A stretch of 64,000 nt of DNA from Anthoceros angustus (lineage: Eukaryota > Plantae > Anthocerotophyta): positions 1-64,000 of the forward strand of contig MU008173.1 of assembly GCA_010909165.1 (NCBI GenBank), given 5' to 3'. The notes below the pieces were generated by a model. The model saw nothing but the letters and a program-made list of their open reading frames with translations, did not search any database and was not told the DNA's origin. Positions within the stretch are counted from its first letter, which is position 1. Every line of letters starts with the position of its first letter. The position numbers and the translations under genes were made by a program. Below, piece by piece: positions 24,401-34,938 of this stretch.

Positions 24401-26260
24401 TCGCCTGCTGGACTGCTCCCTGTGCCATCAAGTGGACTGCGTGAAGCCTGTGATTGACGGCCGGAAGCGTCAGATCAACTGGCTTTTCCTCCTACTCACA
24501 CAGACTTTAGGCCTGTGCACTCTGGATCAGCTCAAGTACTTTTGCAAGCACAACAGGAGGCACCGCACGGGTGCCAAAGACAGGGTTCTCTACCTGACAT
24601 TCGTTGGGCTTCTCAAGCAACTCAATCCATCTGGACCGTATGACTGACCACACAGACCTTTGTAGTGGGAGAAATTGGATCTCCTTGGTAGTTTTGCTAG
24701 GCTGGTCAGGTGGTATTGGAATACTACCTATGTTAATAGGTTTGCTTGGTTCTACAGGATGAAGATAGTAGACTAGCAGCTGTGACTAAGGTAGAAGTGT
24801 AGATGTGCACCAACGTCCCTGGTAGAGGTGCTCTCAACTGTATTCCAAGGCAAATAGCAGTCCCCTAGCAATCTCAATCATACAAACCTGGTGAACACTA
24901 GGTATATCGGAATTGACATGGATGAGAGAGTTTGGAAAACGTACACAGTAACTCCGTGGCCGCCGTACGTGAAAAGGATGTTCGTGGCTCCCGTGAAAAA
25001 CTTGACAGAACTTGTAGGGGCTGTGTGCTTTACACCGGAAACCTGATAGAACCAGCCATAGCATTTGCGGGATTCATTTGTCAAAAACATAGTCTGCCGG
25101 ATAATTTGTTCCCCGCAAACCTAGTTATCGCTCTCCTTGAGAAGCAGGTGCGAAGTGACTTGCTACCCGTCAGCCTGAATAGGTCAGAACATTACCTGGC
25201 CATTTTGCAGAGAAGCAGCCGTGAGGTAAACGGCTGTGACGGTGGTTCCTAGTACTGCCAGAAAGGCTCCAGCCCGAAATTGTCTGTAACTGGGAAGGAA
25301 CAAGCTGATAATACCGACCACTCCCACCACAACTGTCCATTTCTGCTTGTCCAAATTCGAGTTTATGTAGTACAAATCACTGGAGACGGCACCACAAAGG
25401 ATGGATCAGGCCTCCTCTCAAACAACGCTGGCGCATGTCACTCCTCACGATCAGACTCCACGGAAAGTCTCACCTGGCTGACGCGATCAGTTGAATGACC
25501 GAGGCAAGAGTTAAAGCTCCGATATTGAATACGAAGGTTACTCTACCATACCAAACACCAGCAACCAACCCCATAACTTCATGATACTGCAAAACCGAAC
25601 ATTTGACACGAGTCTGAAGTTGGTTCCTCGTCTGCAGAGGGGAACGAGACCAGCACTTCGAACAGCTCTCGGGCACAAAAGCATGAGGAATGGACAGGAG
25701 TTGCTGTCTCACCTGCATAATGTGCCTTTCGTGCATTGGATGATTCTCGTTTATCAATCTTGCTTTAACTTGAAAGTAGAGCCAGGTGAGCAGGAACACA
25801 GACCAGCATCCGAGAGTGCCATAAATGAGCATAAAGATAATGCCTCCCGCATATCCCATTTGGGAAAAGCTATAAGGAAGAGTCACAATCACTTGTCCAA
25901 CCTGCAACGCCAATGGTAAGCTGACTAAGCTCCTACAGCCTCTAACAGTCAAACCTGGCGTAAACCTTCAACTGGAGACAGCGCAGCAAAGGGAAACAGA
26001 CAGGATGTCTGTGTGCAATGTCCATGTCGCAAGCCTGTCTTGACACTCACTTGAGCTGCCGCAGCAAGTAGCCAGGCATCAAATACGGAGGATCCGTGAA
26101 GAAGAGACGAAGAGGCCACCGAGTCGTGCCAGTAATCCTGAAAATCATACCATTCGCGAGCTCTGGAGCGCATAAAACCTCGTTTCGTGCCCCTGGTAGA
26201 GAACGACTCGGCAACAGTCTGCTCTGATCTCGCGACCAGCATATCCGGATTGGCCTCCAT
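21470..26260 (-). CDS. LAX: Divergent AUX1/LAX-family permease, 480 aa, 8 exons (26260-26051, 25901-25713, 25586-25474, 25379-25196, 25042-24945, 22286-22079, 21990-21736, 21655-21470)
   Basis: HGSSVFDAW, QVGQVIVTLPYSFSQMG, SVIQLIASASDLYYINSNLDK, FFTGATNILFTYGGHGVTVEIMEAM, PSATSVYWAYGDRLL..SNAFS, PFFGPINS, NTFGFFDKCYQC*. All junctions keep the frame. Intron 5 is 2658 nt. Confidence 0.92.
23569..24647 (+). CDS. DUF7086-type protein, paralogue 2 (exons 23569-23712, 24004-24219, 24318-24647), nested in LAX intron 5
   Basis: Same three-exon structure as paralogue 1 and near-identical last exon (MHDRAPKMWMVPRLLDCSLC...LKQLNPSGPYD*); intact ORF with GT-AG introns. Confidence 0.88.
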
Positions 26261-29200
26261 GTTCCCTCCTCTGCAGAACCTCAATAACTACAATCCGACA
26301 AATTCCCGACGCAGTCTGACACTTCTCCCTCCCCGCTGCCAGGAGGACCGCTGGATCCCTCTACTCGATCACTCGGATAACCTGGAAACGCAATTGCAAG
26401 CGGGGGCTCTGCCTCTCATTCCGTCCTCTGCCATTCCAGACTCCAAACTGCCTCCTTCCGCCACTGCAGCATCCACGTTCAAACATCAAAACCTTCCGAA
26501 AGAAGCGAACATCCTTCCTTCGAACAGGCTCGTCATCCAGACTCCATCCCGCTCCAAATTGACAGCATCTGGTATCATTCCACAACCGACATTGGCATCC
26601 GCTCAAGCTGCCGCGCCTCCGCCGGATCAATCCCGGGAACGAACCACAGCAATTCAAAGCTATCTCCCGAGCTGGAGAGCAGAACGTACCGGCACTGCGG
26701 GGTAAGGATCGCACGGAACCGCGCTGCCTGGAGCACGCCAAAGGTGTGGCCGGGTGGGGATTGCGGCTCCGGTTTCACACACTCGCGCGTCTCTGGGAAT
26801 CGGACAGACGAGTAGTAGTACACTTGGTTCCCCTGACCGACACGTACAACGTACCGATGAAGCGTCCCTTTCTTTCCGCCATCTTTCCAGGCTATGTTGA
26901 ACGGCTTCCTGTACCGGATGGCGTCTATTTCGAGAGGCTGCCATAAAAGCGGTGTTGCAGGTTCCAGAGGCGTCCGCTGCTGCTGCCACGCCCTGCTGGC
27001 CTGCCGCCACTGCCTCATAAACGGCACTGTTTCCGGGTTGCAGCCCATACAACATGTATCATTTTTGCGTCATTCGTACATCATGTGCGGACCAGAATGC
27101 AGTGTCATTTCTTTCCCGTGTCTTTTACTCTGCCCCCGTTTCCCTCCAATCAACTACCTGCAGCGTTGGCCACGGAATCGAGCCGTTGCCCCCGCCCCGC
27201 TCCCCGCTTTAGCCGGGCTTTTTTTAGATAACATTCGTTCACGAGGTGCCGGCTGCACATTGCGCAAATATGTGCCACAACAATCCCAGTCGTCCGCCCT
27301 GCCTCTCACCTCTTCGTTTTAGGTGGTGAAATAAATCGAATATTTATATTCTGATACCGGTGAGTCTTTTGGCACCTCTTCCTAATTTCTTCCATCCCCT
27401 GGCTCCAAGTGAGTTTAGGACATTGTAGTCTTCTGGCGACTTCCTCCACAAATTGTAACGTCTGTACATGATCTTCAGAATTTCTCTTAGCTGTGTTATG
27501 ATGGATAGACTCATACAATAAATTATTTATATTTATATTCTTCTCTAGATATTTATATTCATATTAAAATATATTATTGAAATTTAATTTCTTAATTAAT
27601 GTATCATGATATAGATATGAAGAAAACAAATCTGAAAGAGGTAGTCTTAAACATTATTCTATCTAAGGTGATAGGGGGAGCAGGGCTCAAGCCTTCGAAG
27701 CCAAGGATTGAACCGCTCACAACGGATGGCAAAGCCTTGTTAATTTTGGTAAGAGGCCACACTTGGTGAATATCACACATTGCAACACCGAAAAAGGAAG
27801 CTAGGTCGGGTCGAGAGAGTTGAAGATAAGGTAAGAAGACGCTTCTCGCCCTGAAAATCAAACTGAAGAACCGCTCACTAAAACTCCATTTCATGGGTTT
27901 CTCCTAGACATCAATGTTGAAACAACGTACAATCCATAGCCAAGAACCACCTTCTTAACTCATCCCTACCACACAACCACAAAGCCGATCCATCATCTCC
28001 AAACATAAAAGCCGAGAAATCCCATTTAGCAATGAGGGACAAACATGCGATCGATAATACATCGCAGCACGAAGCGATGGCGTCCTTCAGCAGCGAATCT
28101 ACTGCATTCAACACATCAACCATGGAAAGGCACCGACCTGCTCAACATGATGATCGAAAGCCAAGGGGGTTACCTTCCAGAAGCATCCAGACATTGCAGG
28201 CACAATCTACATCGAAAAGATTATTATCTATTGTGCAAGCAGGTTTGCTACCTAAACAAGGTGAGCCAAGTAATCATCTACTTTGCCTAATCAGGCTCGA
28301 ATGAGCACAACAATGACCTTTGGCTTTATCAAATGACTAAACATTAGTTTAAGCCAGCAAATCTCTTCAAACAAAAGCTCATCCTCTCACATTCCCATGC
28401 ACTTCTGCCTCACCACTTGGCTGCCCGGCTCTTGGTACGGTTGTTTGCCTTGTAGCAATTCGACTTGCAGCTAGCGACTAGAGGTTGATTCTGCACTACT
28501 TGTGACTGGTGGCTACTTTAGGCTCCCGTACAGCGGCTTGAAGACGTGAACTATCCTCTGGCTTTTCATATGGCAACTGGCTTTGCTGATGGCAACTGAG
28601 TGGAAGATGACAACTTTATGGTGTCACGCATTCATCCACGTTTCATGGGAAACCAAGAAAAAGACCTAACTAGAAAAAGGGCAGCCATATTACACTTTAT
28701 GTTAAGATTTGGACCCCTTGATATTGCAATTATATATAAATATTGGGTTCTTGTTATACTCTTTGCGCCCCTTGTTACAGTAAGGTTTCGAAACCAACCC
28801 TCCACCTTATAACATTGTTGTTACAGTCTTGTTCCAATTATGTAGCAATCTAGTGAGAGGTGGTATATGTCCCCTCTCAAAATTTCAACATAATTGCAAC
28901 AACCAAAGTGTTGCATGACATCTTGTTACATTTTTGCAGGCTTGGTACCAAACGTCCTCCCTGTCTACCTTACCGTTTGTTGCTTTTACTCCCATATTTT
29001 CCCGGTGTCATTGTTGTAATATGTATATGGGGTTGTACACGTATTTTATTTGTACATTTTTACTACCATATTTTTCTGAGGTGATTATTTCAATACCTGT
29101 ACGAGATCTTCTACATATTTCACGTGTATACTTTTTCAGCCATATTTTTCCGTAAAGATTTTTGCAATACGACCACCCGGGTTGTCTGTGTATTTTACGT

Positions 29201-29400
29201 GTTGCTTTGTCCCTTGTATGATGTACAATATTTTATACATCGGTGCATCGTACGCCTATATACGTCACCCATGTAACGTACATATATGTGCAAACCCATA
29301 CATTTCAAAAATATGATATATCAATATTTTATTGCATTGTAAATAAGCTGGCACATCCGATTATTCAAAATTGTGTTTCCGCATGCTCATCTAAGCAAGA

Positions 29401-29663
29401 TCTTGGAAAACGCTGCCCATCACCTTCTCTAACATCACTAAATAATTACACATTAGGCTCTTGGAAATGCTACCCATCACCTTCTTTGACGTCACTAAAC
29501 AGTTATGCATTAGGTTCTTGGAAAATGTTGCCCACCACCTTGTCTAACGTCACTAACTAGAGCTTGAAAAATGTTGCCCATCACCTTCTCTAACGTCACA
29601 AAATAGAGCTTGGAAAATGGTGCCCATCACCTTCTCTAATGCCACTAAATAATTATGTATTAC
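29401..29663 (+). repeat. Five-copy tandem repeat, 46-58 bp units
   Basis: Core TTGGAAAATG-TGCCCATCACCTTCTCTAAC-TCACTAAA; units start at ~29401, 29459, 29516, 29563 and 29609. Confidence 0.85.
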
Positions 29664-30089
29664 CCTCACACGGTAGTAATTTGGTAGCACCGGTAACATC
29701 ACTTAGTACCTCATGGTCTTGCTAAACCTCAAGCTTTTGTAGCAAACCATCAGAAAAAACCGTCAACACAAGATCAAAAATGATACGGCAGGTTCTGCAG
29801 GTTGAAATGTAGGATTTGTTTCTCACCTTACTACCTACTATCGTCAGATAGCATATAGCCTCCTTAGCATACATGGCCTCCTGTAACCTATAACTCGAGA
29901 TGCACAGATGCATGACACAATGAGCTCGAAGTCATGCACTCATCGCCCCCACAACCAGATCTTTCTTAGCTGCACACAATTTCAACATGGGTGAAGAACC
30001 AAAACGGAGAAAAGCTGCACACAATTTCAACATGGGTGAAGAACCAAAATAGAGAAATACCAGTGTATGTTTGTGCTAGAGTTGCCTTG

Positions 30090-30465
30090 AGGGTCCATTA
30101 TGTAATGGTTAAGCAATTGGACTAGGAGTAGTACCAGGAGTAGTAAGTCATAGGTCTAAATCCCCTAGGCTAAATTTAAAATTTTATTTTGAAATGTATA
30201 GCAAATATTTGTATATAGACTAGGAGTAGTAAGTCATTAGTTCAAATCCCCTAGGCTAAGTTTAAGAATTTATTTTTAAATGTATAGGAAATATTTGCTA
30301 TACATTTCAAATATTTGTATATTAGCAAATATTTATATATGTACAAAAAAAATGATAACTGTTGAGGTTCTAGAGCATGGTATGGTGGTAAACACATGGA
30401 CTGACCTTGCTTTCAGGTGATCATACGGAACTTGCTTTCGGGTGGTCGAGCGTTCGAATTCGGAT
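30090..30465 (+). mobile_element. Degenerate tRNA-derived SINE-like heads
   Basis: A-box-like TAATGGTTAAG with B-box-like GGTCTAAATCC / AGTTCAAATCC (30103-30165, 30240-30252), and a second TGGTATGGTGGTAAA...GTTCGAATTC (30378-30460). No complete cloverleaf. Confidence 0.3.
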
Positions 30466-30982
30466 ACTTGTTTTCGGATAGTTGTGTGTCTGCATCCATA
30501 GGACAACTAGGTATTTTTGCAGCTTGGTAGGACGGGTCTCGTGTACCAGGTATCGTGGGACGCAACAAAAGAGAAGTCATGGAGTTCGGGTTGTATTTTG
30601 AATTTTGTCAATGCGGGATGCAACCAGACGGGATGTATCCCTAAATTTCGCAATGAAACGGGATGTATCAAGTGTAATAAGAACATATATGTGGTATACT
30701 TCTATACGTATGCCCTATATATTCTATCATATTATACAAATAATTAAGCTTGTATCAATCTACATATACATGTATATACACCCTGTATTTTTACCATGGA
30801 TATAAATGGACGACAAGAGGGTGCATTGTTCATATCAATGTAGGATTAGTTGAAGGCCAAAAAAATTAGTGTTCAACTTCTGTATATGTGTGGTCAAGTA
30901 AAAACATTGACAAAAAAATGATGTATTTATGAGGTTGGAGGGAAAGGTAAGAGTTACGGGTCCATGGTCCACTAGTGTGGGC

Positions 30983-31279
30983 AACATAAACAAATAATTG
31001 TCAAGAGATGGGTGTAATGACGAGGGGAAGGTGATAGGGAAGAGAGGGGGTCCTTGAACATAAACAAATAGTTCTCTAAAGAGGGTGTAATAAAGAGGAT
31101 AGGGTAATAGGGGAGAGTGGGGGCTCCTTGAACATAAACAAATAGTTTTCTAAAGAGGTGGTAATAAAGAGAGGAGGGTGATAAAGGAGAGAGGGGACTC
31201 CTTGAATGTAAACAAATAGTTCTTTAAAGAGATTATAATAAAGAGAGGAGCCTGAATGGGAGAGAGAGGGTGCTCCTTA
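30983..31279 (+). repeat. Four-copy tandem repeat, about 74 bp units
   Basis: AACATAAACAAATAGTT...AAAGAG...TAATAAAGAG...GGGAGAG...CTCCTTG; units start at ~30983, 31057, 31130 and 31205. Confidence 0.85.
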
Positions 31280-31576
31280 TTAGAGTCATTCTGCATTTGC
31301 ATGGGGGAAGTAATAAAAAATGGTTGTGAGAGAGGGGGTGTAGTTTTGAAGCTGAGGTGGGAGGAGAGAGATTCAGGTTCGTATTAAGATGGTGGCACCA
31401 GGCGGGGAAAGAAGTGACAAACTTAATATTAAGCATCCAAAGCATGTTGCAATTTGAAAGTATAACATAGAATTGCAACAACGATTGTAACATAGGCTGC
31501 CGAATCTAGTAGGGAGAGGAAGTTGTGGTAGAAAAAGAGGTGGAGAGTGGTGTTGCCACTGAATTTTTTGGTAAGG

Positions 31577-31749
31577 AAGGGAGAGGTCAGCTTCTATAGT
31601 ATCATTCTTATTTGATAGACGTGGAGACTTTATAAAAGGAATGAAATGGGAAATCCCATCAAGAAAGGGAGAGGTCAGCTTCTATAGTATCATGCTTAAT
31701 TGATAGACGTGGAGACTTTATAAAAAGAATGAGATGGGAAATCCCATCT
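31577..31749 (+). repeat. Two-copy tandem duplication, about 87 bp
   Basis: AGGGAGAGGTCAGCTTCTATAGTATCAT...GATAGACGTGGAGACTTTATAAAA...ATGGGAAATCCCATC occurs twice. Confidence 0.85.
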
Positions 31750-33333
31750 ACCCCGAGGCAAAAGGGGACAACCCACGATGGGGCACCAGGCTAGGGGGTG
31801 TGCTCCCAAATATTTGTAGGTTCTTAAGTTTGTATGACATATAGCCTAATATCCTTGCATTGTAGTTTGTTCTACAAGTGTAAATGTTAACAAAAACATG
31901 GCATATACAAAGGCCTCATTGAAAACAAGGAAATGTCATTCTGTTTCCTACCTACATGTGTTTCTTGATTAAGTTTTTCATGTATGCTTGATATGTAGTA
32001 TTTGTAAACCATGGCATAGAGGAAATGAGTGGGGAGGAGGACAATGACAATGATATATTAGCGAGGACACGTGTAGTGAGGAAGAAAGTTAGGCCTCTTT
32101 GGATGTTTCATTTGTGTAGGACTTATTGTTTCCCCATTTCTAATTTCTTATCATATTTATGATGCATATGTGTGGGCCTGAACAAGGAGAAACTAATAAG
32201 GATGATATGGCAAAAGAAGTAGTTATGAAGGACAAAGTGACAAAGGAGGTAGCCATGAAAGAACAATGTGGCTAAAGAGGTAGCTATGGGGATGGCAATT
32301 TCCCGCGAAATGAGTGGAGTAAAGAGAAAAGTTAAGTAAATGCGTGGTTGGCTGCCTAGTAAATGAGAAATGCTAATTAAGTTGGTGTGTACGTAGTTAA
32401 GTGCTTGGAGGAGATTTTTGTATACCTAGTGCAAATGGATAACTTGATACATTTTACATTAATGTTATAAAAATGCATACCATACCTCGAGGGGTGATTC
32501 GGCATTAGTTAATTCAAATTAGTAAAAGTTGAATTTTCAGAAATTATTATCAGAGATTCGAAGGCATGCTTTACAAGCAGGTGGCCCAACAGAGCCATGG
32601 AGTTGGGGGAATGAATGACACCCCATCCGAGTACTGATGCGTCCCAAGGATGCTTGACTACCGCACGTCGAGCGGTGATTCAACAGGATAATGCCGAAAT
32701 AATTATTTTTTGAAAAAAAGATTCAATATAAATAATTATATTTTTCAAAATTTTAAATGAAAAATAATTTTATCAAATTTCAATATTTATTAAAATACAT
32801 AGGTATCTATATAGAACTAATGGATATCTATAAACCCACCCTAAACAAACCCTAGTTTTCCAGACAATTTCTAGTTTCCTTGTTTTCGACATCTTAAACT
32901 CATAAATTTTTATATATTCAGTATTTTAAGTATAATAATTTCTAAATTTTCTACTTTTACTAATTTTAATTAATTAATATTAAATCACCCTTTGGGGTAG
33001 GGTATAGATTTCCAATGAACCCATGTATAGATATCACTCTCAACGGGGGGACTAAATTGGGTAGCTTTGCTCCCTTGTTGCCGCTCGCTCTGGCTTTTTG
33101 TTCTTCGTTGATTTATTCTTGCGTTCTTGAAAAAAACAAAAACCTTTAGCCATTTTGGGGTTAGCCAACTAAACCAAGTTTCCCATACCCAATCGAGAGT
33201 TGAACCCAGGGGAGGTTTTGGCAGCCTAGCGCGACTAGAGCTCGAGGACTTTTGTCAGCCCTACAGGTCATTTGTATGGTCAGGGTTGTTGGTGGACTGA
33301 AGCGTAGGAGGCACTTCCGGGCGGTCGGCAGCC

Positions 33334-34029
33334 ATGGTGAAGTTTCTGAAGCAAAACAAGGTGGTTGTGCTCCTTCAAGGCCGGTACGCCGGGCGCAAGG
33401 CCGTGATTGTGAAGAATTTCGATGAGGGCACGCAACAGCGGCGGTACGGGCATGCCCTGGTTGCGGGTATTGCAAAGTATCCTAGGAAGGTGCGCAGCTG
33501 ATGACACTGTTTCTTGCAGGGTTCTAGAGTCTGCATGAATGGAGGCCTAGGGCTAACTGGTACCTCTCATGTACAGGTGATCAAGAAGGCTTCCGCCAAG
33601 ACGATCGCCAAGCGCTCCAGGTTGAAAGCGTTCATCAAGGTGGTGAACTACAACCACATCATGCCTACCAGGTGCCGCGTCTGCTCCTGTCTTGTGCGCT
33701 GTGTGCTCCTGTGAGAGTCGGGGTAGGGTAGGGTTGTTTTGCACCTGATTGATGGATTCTGGCTCTTCTTCCGCACGGCAGGTACACTCTGGACGTGGAC
33801 CTCAAGAACATTGTTGTGCCTGAGAAGCTGGAAACGAAGACCAAGCGAGTAGAGGCTCGCAAGGTTTGTGCTTTCCTTGCCCTGCCGGCTTTGTAGCATA
33901 TTTTCGAAGCATTCTATAGTTCGTGGACTCATCACTGGCATGGGATGTTCTCAGGAGACCAAGGCAGTTTTCGAGGAGAGGTTTAAGACTGGTAAGAACC
34001 GGTGGTTTTTCTCCAAGCTCCGGTTCTAA
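33334..34029 (+). CDS. RPL27: 60S ribosomal protein L27 (eL27), exons 33334-33489, 33577-33671, 33782-33863, 33955-34029
   Basis: [32 protein letters not shown]...YPRKVIKK...[24 protein letters not shown]...[19 protein letters not shown]. Confidence 0.98.
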
Positions 34030-34701
34030 GCCTCATGGTCCAAGGACCATGTCATTTTTGTAGTAAAGCAGCCCATCTTCATTTTTTGATTCGATGCTCT
34101 TACCAAAGGTCTCCAGCCTTGGCTATGTGTTCTGTGTATGGCCCACTCGTGGGCTTGTCGTCAATGAAGACAGTGTTCAATCATGGACTGAAGATATCAG
34201 AACGCTTTGGTGTCGGCGTTATGCCCAAAGTGTTGTTCCTCCGGTCCAGGACACTAAGTGCATGCCACCGGCATCCAGAATGCTCGTCATACTGCCATGC
34301 AGCAGGCTCTTCTGACCCTGCAGCCTGCTGTATGGAAGCTGGAATTTCGTGACAAGAAAGTAATGGGTTGCTCACAGTTCCTCTCCTTCAAGTAAGTTAT
34401 GCTGCCCACCGCATCCTTGGGTCATGTGACCAGCTCATGCAGCCTCGTTCCGGGACGAGATCAGTCCTCCTGTCCTCTGAACAGCATTAGCAGATCCGAC
34501 AGGCACACAAGTAGTGGTAACAGCGTCCGAGCCTTAACAGAAGCGACCATTCAATGAGCATCTCCACAAGGAACAGAAGCCATCTTCTGGCCACCTCAGA
34601 TGATGTCTCAGTCTTCGACCAGAGACGGCTTTTAGCCCCATGGTGGCAGTGATCACAAGTTGGAAGATTGTGTTGAGCCCTCCAGAGTGTGGAGTCGACC
34701 A

Positions 34702-34853
34702 AAACCCTAGCCCAGCTACCCACAGCATGCCAGCATCCTTTAACGCATGAACGCATCTTCCTCCATCCCTTATTTCACCGGCATGCCAGCATCCGCGTAG
34801 AGTTTTGTCATACAGAGCATCAGCCGTTGATCATGAAGTACGATTAGGGCCCA
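34702..34853 (+). promoter_or_regulatory. Telo-box (AAACCCTA) and site II (GGCCCA) motifs upstream of NUP107
   Basis: AAACCCTA at 34702 and GGCCCA at 34848, within 240 nt of the NUP107 ATG. This motif pair is typical of plant housekeeping/proliferation promoters, but short motifs also occur by chance. Confidence 0.3.
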
Positions 34854-34938
34854 TTCTAAGGCTTTCATTAATTTCACTGTTATTTCTGAACGAGGACTCG
34901 AACCCGAACGTTCTTGGGGGCTGTGGATTCAAACAGCC

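Noticed and set aside
26575-27322. 130-157 aa ORFs upstream of LAX
   Set aside because: Open in several frames because of GC content, with no family motif or clear splice structure.
27306-28330. Short protein-like fragments (possible TE or NLR relics)
   Set aside because: No diagnostic motif strong enough to name.
29401-29663. CRISPR-like appearance of a repeat with variable gaps
   Set aside because: Gaps are only 6-18 nt and similar to each other, there are no cas genes, and the context is eukaryotic; it is an ordinary minisatellite.
32492-32702. 11-bp inverted repeat (ATTCGGCATTA / TAATGCCGAAA) and a possible C/D-box snoRNA between them
   Set aside because: Too short, no target-site duplication, and the C/D boxes are too close and imperfect.
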